DNA of 63,981 bases from the IMG/VR virus record IMGVR_UViG_3300014933_000403, positions 1 through 63,981 of that record; one strand, given 5' to 3'. Both the position numbers and the translations under genes were made by a program. The notes under the pieces were generated by a model. It worked only from the letters and a program-made list of their open reading frames with translations. It made no database searches and was not told where the DNA came from. The DNA is from a virus. Its lineage: Duplodnaviria > Caudoviricetes. Positions 17,829-25,054 of this stretch are shown here, piece by piece (positions within the stretch are counted from its first letter, which is position 1; every line of letters starts with the position of its first letter).

Positions 17829-18098
17829 TTAATAATAAACGATGCGTAAGTAGCTGCAATCTTTCCGGTTCATAGCTTTCTGAATCTGTTCTAACTCAGC
17901 CACAACCTCTTCGCCAGGATGCTTGCAGTTAGCCATGGAAATGTTCTCGAGCATTCTAGCTACTGAATAGATATGCTCATGGGTGTCTTCATCATTATCA
18001 GTCCACACTTCTTTCTGTGTTCCGATAAGACATACTGTCTCTGCGGTAATTTGGCTAACATGGATGTCAGCGATTCTCAGGATGTTGTCTAGTTTCAT
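17829..18098 (-). CDS. Hypothetical early protein
   Basis: In the tandem minus-strand operon; directly downstream of hammerhead 1. Confidence 0.65.
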   Translation of the reverse strand: MKLDNILRIADIHVSQITAETVCLIGTQKEVWTDNDEDTHEHIYSVARMLENISMANCKHPGEEVVAELEQIQKAMNRKDCSYLRIVYY

Positions 18099-18111
18099 TT
18101 TAAATAATATT

Positions 18112-18163
18112 GGTTAAGACCCTCCGAAGAGGGTTTCGCATATTCAATGCTCGTCAGTTAACC
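18112..18163 (-). ncRNA. Type I hammerhead ribozyme (HH1)
   Basis: Minus strand reads GGUUAA CUGACGA GCAU-UGAAU-AUGC GAAA CCCUC-UUCG-GAGGG UC UUAACC: full core, three stems, GUC site. Confidence 0.93.
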
Positions 18164-18367
18164 TAATTCAGCAACGGTTTCGTTTATTAATTCAATGACA
18201 ATATTGCATGTCCTATAGTCATTATGAATAAAGAACACCTTCTTAGTATCCCTGCATACAATAGCAACTGTTTTACCTTCTGCATCGTCATCATCTGACT
18301 CCCATAAATCTATATGGGTGTAATTTTGGTCATCGGTGTAATCGTTTCTTACTTCGAAAGTTTCCAT
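18158..18367 (-). CDS. Hypothetical acidic early protein
   Basis: 69 aa; its TAA stop forms part of HH1 stem I. Confidence 0.65.
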   Translation of the reverse strand: METFEVRNDYTDDQNYTHIDLWESDDDDAEGKTVAIVCRDTKKVFFIHNDYRTCNIVIELINETVAELG

Positions 18368-18378
18368 GGTTCGTAGTG

Positions 18379-18684
18379 TTATTGGTTAATAATTGGTTGT
18401 GAGGTTTGTTTATCCCGTGTGTAGGCTGAGATGGTTTCGTATACGCGATTCTCGCAGCCTTGGGGGAGGGTAATTGTGGCAATCCCATTAGAAAAAGAAG
18501 GTTTTACCTTTTCCAGGATCGTATCACCCAATTCTTTTTTAAGGTGGGTGATGAAAATTGCCTGAGCGAATGCCGGATATTTTCCATGATCATTGAGAAC
18601 AATGTGCATGAGAGTCGGTCGGGTGGGGACAACAACCAATGGCTGCTGATCCCAGAATGCGTTGGTGTGGGTGGATGGTTTCAT
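18379..18684 (-). CDS. Hypothetical early protein
   Basis: Operon position; ATGA coupling. Confidence 0.6.
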   Translation of the reverse strand: MKPSTHTNAFWDQQPLVVVPTRPTLMHIVLNDHGKYPAFAQAIFITHLKKELGDTILEKVKPSFSNGIATITLPQGCENRVYETISAYTRDKQTSQPIINQ

Positions 18685-18929
18685 TTGCTAAAGGATTGTG
18701 CAGCGTTAGATAATAAGAGTCCTAAAGCCTCTGCCTGTTCTTTGGTATCACAGTCAGCAACACACAGAACATATTCAGATGACTTACGCAAGTAAACACT
18801 CCAATAAGAATGCTGACCTTCGGCACACATTTCAACGTTGCCTTTGCCGTCATCAAATACAGGGCAGATTTCAACATTATCCCATTGGCGATTAGCGGGT
18901 TGGGGATAGAAATTAAGGTTTGTTTTCAT
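18681..18929 (-). CDS. Hypothetical early protein
   Basis: C...WSVY.R....CVAD.DT..QA pattern; operon position. Confidence 0.65.
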   Translation of the reverse strand: MKTNLNFYPQPANRQWDNVEICPVFDDGKGNVEMCAEGQHSYWSVYLRKSSEYVLCVADCDTKEQAEALGLLLSNAAQSFSK

Positions 18930-18935
18930 GGTTGG

Positions 18936-19121
18936 TTATGGGTTTATAGTTCCGTTAGCAATAAGGTCTTGGGCAGTTCTTCCAAACCAACCTTGCAGTT
19001 GGTAGGCAAGACCCGTGTCATGTAAATACTGCCATGCCTCTGTCTGTAATTCCTCAGATGCATCTTCTCCCGGGCCGAATCCTTCGGCAATGGAGGTAGC
19101 TAAGTAGGGTGTCATTATCAT
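18936..19121 (-). CDS. Conserved-looking small phage protein
   Basis: AWQYLHDTGLAYQLQGWFGRTAQDLI; start refined to follow the structured intergenic element. Confidence 0.7.
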   Translation of the reverse strand: MIMTPYLATSIAEGFGPGEDASEELQTEAWQYLHDTGLAYQLQGWFGRTAQDLIANGTINP

Positions 19122-19124
19122 GTT

Positions 19125-19195
19125 GGTTAATTTTTTTACCGACAATGCCCCGAACCATTTACGATTCGAGGCTGCCAGGCTACAAGGTGTTAACC
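19125..19195 (-). ncRNA. Candidate structured intergenic RNA of unknown class
   Basis: Closed by the same GGUUAA/UUAACC helix as both hammerheads; inner CUGGCA/UGUCGG helix and an 11-bp GCCUCGAAUCG/UGGUUCGGGGC hairpin. Confidence 0.5.
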
Positions 19196-19906
19196 TCACC
19201 TTATCACAAATCCGGTCATATCTTTCTTAGCATCTCCCTTGGCTTTTAAGCCTACCACAACACCTGATGGGTCATAATACCTCAAATCGGTCTCATCGCC
19301 ATTAATTACAGGGAATCCGTTCCAACTAGCAGGAAGTTCATTAAAGACAGCAGCAACATTCCCGCCTACCTTCAATATCTCCAGTGCATCAGCCTCATTA
19401 ACCTCAGAACGGGAGAAGGTAAGCTTGTATGGGGTGTTAAGGTATCTGCGGATATGGTTGGGGTTCTTGGTGTAATCGTAGAACAGGATGTTACGAACAT
19501 ATGGCTGACTCAAGAAATCGTTCCCTGTCTTCCTTTTAAGGATGGCAAGATGGTCAATATCAGATGTGCCATTAAGCCTGATGGCAACCATGGTGTTGGT
19601 CTTCTGTGCATGACGGTGAATAGCTTGTATTTCGATAGCCAACTGAAAGTAGAATTGCTCAATATCTTCAATCCAAAAAAGAGATTTGTTGATCCTGGAC
19701 AACTGCACATTGGAGAAACGACCTCTGCCTGCCGTATACAGACATGACTTGCGGCAGCCTTCAGAAGAGTATGGGCAGAGGTTAAAGCCTCTCAGAGCGG
19801 TCTCTGCCGGTGCCATGTACAGGATAAACGTTTCTAGAGCATTCTTAGCGGTCTTAACATTGGTAGAACCTTTGGAAAGAAGGTTTTTTACAGGTTTGTG
19901 TTGCAT
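19196..19906 (-). CDS. GP88-like Cys-cluster phage protein
   Basis: NLCPYSSEGCRKSCLYTAGRG, IRLNGTSDI, FYDYTK, LTFSRSE, GDETDLR, VGLKAKG; start refined to MQHKP. Confidence 0.7.
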   Translation of the reverse strand: MQHKPVKNLLSKGSTNVKTAKNALETFILYMAPAETALRGFNLCPYSSEGCRKSCLYTAGRGRFSNVQLSRINKSLFWIEDIEQFYFQLAIEIQAIHRHAQKTNTMVAIRLNGTSDIDHLAILKRKTGNDFLSQPYVRNILFYDYTKNPNHIRRYLNTPYKLTFSRSEVNEADALEILKVGGNVAAVFNELPASWNGFPVINGDETDLRYYDPSGVVVGLKAKGDAKKDMTGFVIR

Positions 19907-19921
19907 GGTAGTAGTTTTTAT

Positions 19922-19993
19922 GGTTAAGACGGGACAGAATCCTAGGGGGAGGATGTCTGCCCGTTTCGCGGATTCACCGCTCATCAGTTAACC
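19922..19993 (-). ncRNA. Type I hammerhead ribozyme (HH2)
   Basis: Minus strand reads GGUUAA CUGAUGA GCGG-UGAAU-CCGC GAAA CGGGCAGA...UCUGUCCCG UC UUAACC. Confidence 0.93.
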
Positions 19994-20592
19994 TAGAGCA
20001 TATTCATTGCTAGTTCATAGATATCAAGGTCATTCTCTTCACAGTAATCGAATGCAGCAGCCATACGCTTATTGTAGATGGCAGCCTGTTCAGCAGAATA
20101 CAAGGTTTCATTGTTTCTCACATCTATGTACTGAGTGAAATCGGTATCAGGATGGAAGCCCAAGCCTATGTAGTCAATACACTCTCTGAGGAAAGCAACA
20201 ACCTCAGCCTGTAGTGTATACTTGGCAAGCATATCAGCCTCCTCAGTATCATAAGCCTCTACAGAGTCATAAGACACCCAACAGAAACAATAACCTTGCA
20301 GAGAGTAGAAGGTCTCACCATTGAATTCTACAGAGTAGCATTCCTCATCTGTGGCAATACCATTGGCGTATGACCTGTTATAAAATTTGTTGGTGTCTGC
20401 ATTGTACACGATGGTGTCCGCATCATAGTCAGCTACCTCTTCATTCGATAGCATCTCAGTCACTACCTTCAGACTGTTCTCATGGTTGAAGTAGGGGACA
20501 TCCCAACCATTCCATAGGTCACCAAATGTGATACCTGCAATAGGTTGTCTGAAATGGTCTAGTGCGAAGAATTTAAGTGTGGGTGTGTTCAT
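19993..20592 (-). CDS. Hypothetical acidic early protein, probably two domains
   Basis: WNGWDVPYF N-terminal domain and GLGFHPDTDF..Y...DIYELA C-terminal domain. Confidence 0.7.
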   Translation of the reverse strand: MNTPTLKFFALDHFRQPIAGITFGDLWNGWDVPYFNHENSLKVVTEMLSNEEVADYDADTIVYNADTNKFYNRSYANGIATDEECYSVEFNGETFYSLQGYCFCWVSYDSVEAYDTEEADMLAKYTLQAEVVAFLRECIDYIGLGFHPDTDFTQYIDVRNNETLYSAEQAAIYNKRMAAAFDYCEENDLDIYELAMNML

Positions 20593-20627
20593 GATGTGTT
20601 TGGTTTATTGTTAGTAAATAAATGTGA

Positions 20628-20807
20628 TTAATACCCAAGCCAATGGGCAACCTTTGTGAGTGACCAATCTGTAACGTCAACCCAATTGCTAGCGTCTGTG
20701 CTGCTGCCATCAGGATAGAACTGAGTAGCTACCTCGAATGCTAATATTCTGCCGCAGCATTCTTTGGTGTCGATTCCGTGTTGGTGTAATGCGGTAAGTA
20801 AATCCAT
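20628..20807 (-). CDS. Small hypothetical protein, 59 aa, not in the ORF track
   Basis: MDLLTALHQHGIDTKECCG...WVDVTDWSLTKVAHWLGY; first gene after the putative promoter. Confidence 0.6.
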   Translation of the reverse strand: MDLLTALHQHGIDTKECCGRILAFEVATQFYPDGSSTDASNWVDVTDWSLTKVAHWLGY

Positions 20808-20852
20808 GGTTAAAAGTTTTAATGTGATGCCCTACATCGGGCGATTGTGAGT

Positions 20853-20886
20853 GCAATATACACAAGAAAACAATAAACACAACAAA
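20853..20886 (-). promoter_or_regulatory. Putative promoter of the early operon
   Basis: Minus strand TTTG-N21-GTATATTGC, an imperfect Bacteroidota -33/-7 match in an AT-rich gap. Confidence 0.45.
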
Positions 20887-21092
20887 ACAACAAAGAAATA
20901 TTTTCAGACATGACACAAGTGATTGAAACACATCCAATTGCGGTGTGAAATATTTTTTTCTTTAATGAGTGGTGAATTGTGGCAAATTATAAGCTTTACC
21001 AGTCAGCATAAATTGGCTGTAATGCAGGATCACCGGGCATTTCAGCGGTTTAAAGCCTCTGAGAATCGCACGGATGAGAATGAGTTGGGAGA

Positions 21093-21563
21093 TTATGCAG
21101 CAGTCTTGTTCTGAAGTGCTAGCTGATAGGCATTGATAGCAGCCTCAACCCTATTCCATTTCCATATGGAAGAATCGAATGAGTTGGCATCTGAATAGCC
21201 AAGGAATCGGGCTAATGATTTGCCTTTGAGACCTGTTGCAGCCTTGAATAATGGCAGCCTTGGGCGAGTGTTTAACCTGTGGTGGCAAGTGTATTTGAAG
21301 TATGACTCTAGGGCAGCATTCCTAGCATATGCAACCCTATCCTTCATCACACACCAATCTCTGAAGTCTGCGACCATAGAACGAACATTGGATGGGTAAT
21401 TTGCCCTTATGTACATCTCACCTTTGGAGTTGAGGAATGTCTCAATCCACTTGTATGAGTTGAACTTACTGTACTGTGAGTTGTCCATGTCTATATCTTC
21501 GGGTGATACGACAAAGGTAAATGCATAGCCATATACAGACCAAATTAGCCCTGATGTCAGCAT
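21093..21563 (-). CDS. Hypothetical protein with a possible C-terminal HTH
   Basis: FKAATGLKGKSLARFLGYSDANSF; start uncertain. Confidence 0.5.
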   Translation of the reverse strand: MLTSGLIWSVYGYAFTFVVSPEDIDMDNSQYSKFNSYKWIETFLNSKGEMYIRANYPSNVRSMVADFRDWCVMKDRVAYARNAALESYFKYTCHHRLNTRPRLPLFKAATGLKGKSLARFLGYSDANSFDSSIWKWNRVEAAINAYQLALQNKTAA

Positions 21564-21908
21564 CCTGCACCTGATAGCTATCTCTCACACAGAGCGACCG
21601 CAGCAGCCTGTTGCCACATCAGCTTTGCCTCGTTCGATGGTGGGGTAGGGGAGGGGCTGCGACCTCATGACACGATGTCTACTTAACATAATTATAGTTA
21701 TTAGGCTGATTTAGAGCGAGCGATTCCATGCGTCTGAAGTCAGTCTGGGCGATGGTTTCCGATAGCTGAAAAGCGACCCACCCCATGCGGCAGGAGTGCG
21801 TTTGCCCCTGTACCCTGGCGGCCGGTGGATCAGGTATGAACCCCTACTCACAGATTACAGGGTACCCGGGTCGTAATAGAAGGTACCCTCCCACTGACCA
21901 CTGGGCAT

Positions 21909-21935
21909 AAAAAAGCCCCCGTAAAGGAGGTCTTT
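21909..21935 (-). terminator. Intrinsic terminator
   Basis: Minus-strand GC hairpin followed by TTTTTT, downstream of the 21954 gene. Confidence 0.55.
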
Positions 21936-21953
21936 CTGCTCACAGAAGAAAGC

Positions 21954-22220
21954 TTAATCATCATAATCCCATGGCGATCTATACCCATACTCCCTCACCA
22001 GATCAGCTACAGTCTCCACATACTCAGCCGGTATTTCTCCTTCCTTCAGGTACTTATCGAACCTGGATCTTATTATTCCGGACCCTCTACAGATGCCAGA
22101 TCGGTTTAAAAGCGGCCTTTCTCTTAGCCAGGATGCCAATATCTGACCTTCAGGCTGCTGAATCGGTGGCTCCCATCCTTCTGGAGAACCGTATACCATG
22201 ATCACATGTTGAGTTGCCAT
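21954..22220 (-). CDS. Putative HTH DNA-binding protein
   Basis: WL......NRSGICRGSGI.RS.FDKYL...IP...L...VREYGY; resembles the C-terminal part of 23912..24178. Confidence 0.55.
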   Translation of the reverse strand: MATQHVIMVYGSPEGWEPPIQQPEGQILASWLRERPLLNRSGICRGSGIIRSRFDKYLKEGEIPAEYVETVADLVREYGYRSPWDYDD

Positions 22221-22274
22221 AATCGTTCTTTAATCTTTTTTTTAAGGGTCTAAACCCCGTGTTTTGGAGCATTT

Positions 22275-22793
22275 TTAGCCTTTTCTGCCTCTAAACTTAG
22301 CAGAAATCAGCTTCATCGATAAGTTCAATGCCAGATGTTGGTACATCCTGGTAGTACATAACGCATCCTTCGAAAGCTGTTTAGCCACTTTTACTATCCG
22401 AAAAGTGTATCTGATGTACGGTTTACCATACCTAGGCGTGTATTCATACGGTGTTGCGTATATCAATCCGCATTGCCCAGGCACTTCCGCATGATCAATA
22501 AGCCCTTCTGGGACCACATAGTAAAACCGGTTCACCCTCTTTCCCTGCAGCAGTATATCGTGCTTACTGGTTAGTGTGCCGTATCTGACCGAACCCATCG
22601 TCTTATTGAAATCAGCCTTAAAGTCTGCCCTAGACACCTTTACCTCGTATTCATACAGGTGTCCAGATGTAGAAACTTTCAATACATCACACTCCCATGT
22701 GCCTATGTAGTAGTTGGGCACAACAATCTCAGCCCTGGCTCTTGCTACCCATGACATCAGTGATACGGTTATATCGCATGCTCTTATCTTCAT
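22275..22793 (-). CDS. MmcB-like PD-(D/E)XK nuclease-fold protein
   Basis: ECDVL...EYEVKVSRADFKADF.K...NRFYYVVPEGLI...GLIY. Confidence 0.75.
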   Translation of the reverse strand: MKIRACDITVSLMSWVARARAEIVVPNYYIGTWECDVLKVSTSGHLYEYEVKVSRADFKADFNKTMGSVRYGTLTSKHDILLQGKRVNRFYYVVPEGLIDHAEVPGQCGLIYATPYEYTPRYGKPYIRYTFRIVKVAKQLSKDALCTTRMYQHLALNLSMKLISAKFRGRKG

Positions 22794-23284
22794 CTTCTTT
22801 TAAAGTCCTTATCATCATAGGTTAATGCACCAAACTTGAGGAAAAAGCTTCCTGTACCCTCTTTTGGGTCACCAGGCATCCATTTAACGCTAGCGGAAGG
22901 TGTGAATACTGGTCTGTCATTCTTATCTACCTTATACAAAGGCATTGCCTTGATCATATCTTCCTTAGTAGCCTCTTCCTCGGTAATACTATTCCCCTTC
23001 GTCACTGTTATTACCGGTGCCTTATCTGCCTTGATACCATATCTGAAGTGGCAGAAGCCATGCTGTGGGTGTCTGGGCAACCCGTTTAACCTGATCAGAA
23101 GTATATCCATATCTTCCTTGGTGAAGCCCGTAGCATCAAACTTAACTACGAATGTTTCTGATCCTGGTAGCTTGTCCTGTGCTTTCTTCCAGTATACGGA
23201 CCTGCAGGTACTATTGCAGAACCTCTTTTCCTTTTTGCCTGGCGTGGCAATTATTGGTTTATTACAGTTTAAACATTCGCTCAT
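22790..23284 (-). CDS. Zinc-finger protein
   Basis: N-terminal CLNC...KRFCNSTCR. Confidence 0.65.
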   Translation of the reverse strand: MSECLNCNKPIIATPGKKEKRFCNSTCRSVYWKKAQDKLPGSETFVVKFDATGFTKEDMDILLIRLNGLPRHPQHGFCHFRYGIKADKAPVITVTKGNSITEEEATKEDMIKAMPLYKVDKNDRPVFTPSASVKWMPGDPKEGTGSFFLKFGALTYDDKDFKRR

Positions 23285-23296
23285 AATGTAAAGTTA

Positions 23297-23320
23297 AACG
23301 ATTTAAACGTTTAAATCGTT
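23297..23320. promoter_or_regulatory. Perfect 24-bp palindrome, probable operator
   Basis: AACGATTTAAAC|GTTTAAATCGTT just upstream of the minus-strand -7-like TAACTTTA and ATG 23284. Confidence 0.6.
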
Positions 23321-23366
23321 GCAGGTGTGAACTCTTTACCGCATTTGGTGTATTGGCAGATCATGG

Positions 23367-23597
23367 TTACGGCTTTACTAGTTCTAACTGGTCTTCATTA
23401 AACCAAGATCCTTTCTCCGGTATGCCTGATACGGAATAAGACGGTTTATTCTGTACTGTGCTCACCTTGGTTACCATACCTTCCTTACCTACGATGCCAG
23501 GCAGTGCATCATACTCTGATCTCACACCATTTGATGTGGTGAATACTTGGTGTCCGTAGTTAACCACCTTTACTTTGTCTCCTAGATTGAATTTCAT
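23367..23597 (-). CDS. Small SH3/KOW-like protein
   Basis: KFNLGDKVKV...GMVTKV...Y.V...WFNEDQLELV. Confidence 0.65.
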   Translation of the reverse strand: MKFNLGDKVKVVNYGHQVFTTSNGVRSEYDALPGIVGKEGMVTKVSTVQNKPSYSVSGIPEKGSWFNEDQLELVKP

Positions 23598-23645
23598 ATT
23601 TGTTATTTTAATCCGTACACCCGCCAGATAAGCTGTTGACTGTCC

Positions 23646-23915
23646 TCATAAATCCTTCAATTTAAACTCTATGCAATTCCCTGCTCCATTACCCGCATCC
23701 TCACTCATTAATATCGGGAAAGCCACGAATGTGTCCAGGAATACCATACATACCCTGCATGGGATTTTGTTTACGGTAACACATGACCCTACCTTTAACT
23801 GGCCAATAGGTACGATCGCCTTATCTACCGGCACATTTACTCCACTCAGGTCTTTAATGATGGACGGAGCAACGATTATGGTCGCTATTGATTTTAAGAA
23901 GTCGCTTCTTTTCAT
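23646..23915 (-). CDS. Hypothetical protein with a TAT-like N-terminus
   Basis: MKRSDFLKSIATIIVAP. Confidence 0.55.
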   Translation of the reverse strand: MKRSDFLKSIATIIVAPSIIKDLSGVNVPVDKAIVPIGQLKVGSCVTVNKIPCRVCMVFLDTFVAFPILMSEDAGNGAGNCIEFKLKDL

Positions 23916-24178
23916 TTCTTATACCCATATTTACTGATCACCTTTATGATCTTCCCCAGGTTCTCCTCGCTGATCTGTCCCTTACTGATGCCGGTAGATA
24001 GATTCCCTTGGTTCACTCCTGCCTCTTGGCAAATAGCGGATATCTTTATCTGTTGGTTATCTCTGAACCATTTTAGCACAGATGTGTTGGTATCTGCCCA
24101 GTTTTTCACATGGCTCATATCCACGGTAGCTTTACCGTCTGTTAACCTTACTGATAGTATTTTAGTTCCTTTGCCCAT
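23912..24178 (-). CDS. HTH (Cro/XRE-like) regulator
   Basis: ISAICQEAGVNQGNLSTGISKG; first gene of a divergent promoter. Confidence 0.6.
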   Translation of the reverse strand: MGKGTKILSVRLTDGKATVDMSHVKNWADTNTSVLKWFRDNQQIKISAICQEAGVNQGNLSTGISKGQISEENLGKIIKVISKYGYKK

Positions 24179-24195
24179 GGTTGTTGTTTATTTGT

Positions 24196-24243
24196 CAAAA
24201 GTAAAATAATTATTTGGGAATACAAATAATATTTATAGCTTTG
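24196..24243. promoter_or_regulatory. Overlapping divergent Bacteroidota promoters
   Basis: Plus strand TTTG(24213)-N19-TAGCTTTG(24236); minus strand TTTG(24226)-N19-TACTTTTG(24203); both match TTTG-N19-21-TAnnTTTG exactly. Confidence 0.85.
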
Positions 24244-24261
24244 AGTTCTAAATAAAAAAAT

Positions 24262-24612
24262 ATGCATAACTACAAAAACGTACAAACAGGGCAGGTGATC
24301 TCTGCCACAGACTTTATGTCTTTAACTAAAAGCCGTAATGAATGGGCTGTATCTGATGAGCCGGTTAACGCAAAGGTCGAAACTATTGTTTCCCCCGCCA
24401 CACCTGCGGCAGAATTTCCTGAGTTCCCAGTTAATGAAGACCTGAACCATGATCAACCTACTATTGATCATGTTGTAACAGAAGATGATTTGAAAGATAA
24501 CCCATCACTGGTTGAAGAAGGTGTGCAGGAAGGAGAAACGATTCAGGTACCGGCTCCGGTTATTGAGGATGGTATTCCTGGTACCGAGCCAGAAGTGGAT
24601 CCCGCAGCATAA
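24262..24612 (+). CDS. Highly acidic hypothetical protein
   Basis: E/D/P-rich; HVVTEDDLKDNPSLVEEGVQEGETIQVP is LysM-like in pattern. Confidence 0.65.
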   Translation: MHNYKNVQTGQVISATDFMSLTKSRNEWAVSDEPVNAKVETIVSPATPAAEFPEFPVNEDLNHDQPTIDHVVTEDDLKDNPSLVEEGVQEGETIQVPAPVIEDGIPGTEPEVDPAA

Positions 24613-24746
24613 AGATAATCCGCTATTGTACGTTGGGGGTATATAAGTGAGCGTACTAACACCTGCCTGAGTAGGGTTTATTTGATCTCGGTGGTTAAAT
24701 ATGTCCTGGGTTATGAGTAAAATCAGAAGGCTCAGGCGGGTGAAAC

Positions 24747-24816
24747 GGGGAGGTAACTCAGGGGCAGAGTAGCAGCTTAGGCTTGTTAGTCGGTGGTTCG
24801 AATCCACCCCTCTCCA
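24747..24816 (+). tRNA. Atypical tRNA with a UAG (Leu) anticodon and an alanine-type acceptor stem
   Basis: GGGGAGG/CCTCTCC-A acceptor, ACTC/GAGT D-stem, CT-TAG-GC loop, GGTGG-TTCGAAT-CCACC T-arm; 70 nt, short variable loop, no encoded CCA. Confidence 0.75.
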
Positions 24817-24817
24817 C

Positions 24818-25054
24818 ATGACAGAAGAACAGCAGGCTAACTGGGATGTAATCCTGTAGTACTTAAAGGAGGAAAGATTTAAGATTGTTCCTAAGATATA
24901 TGATTCTCTGGAAGGTATTGGATGGATAGGTGCTCATCCGGACCGGATTACTATTGATCATACTACCAGGGCATCATATGTTCTTGGATTGCTTTCTAGA
25001 TTAGCAGACGATCTTACAGAGCGTAGGCATCGTGTTCAGTCTAGAATCAGGTAG
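24818..25054 (+). pseudogene. 78-codon ORF with an internal TAG at 24857
   Basis: MTEEQQANWDVIL*YLKEERFKIVPK...QSRIR. Confidence 0.4.

Noticed and set aside
19907-19984. 26-aa N-terminal extension of the GP88-like ORF given in the track
   Set aside because: It runs through hammerhead 2; the ATG at 19906 has a typical A-rich leader
24747-24816. Amber suppressor tRNA explaining the internal TAG codons
   Set aside because: The anticodon reads UAG, which decodes CUA; a suppressor needs a CUA anticodon
24620-24816. tmRNA, suggested by G3:U70 and the T-arm
   Set aside because: Both acceptor strands lie within 70 nt around a closed anticodon-like arm; no tag reading frame or permuted arrangement is evident
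24505-24819. 104-aa minus-strand ORF (MWRGVDSNHR...)
   Set aside because: It is the antisense shadow of the tRNA and neighbouring elements
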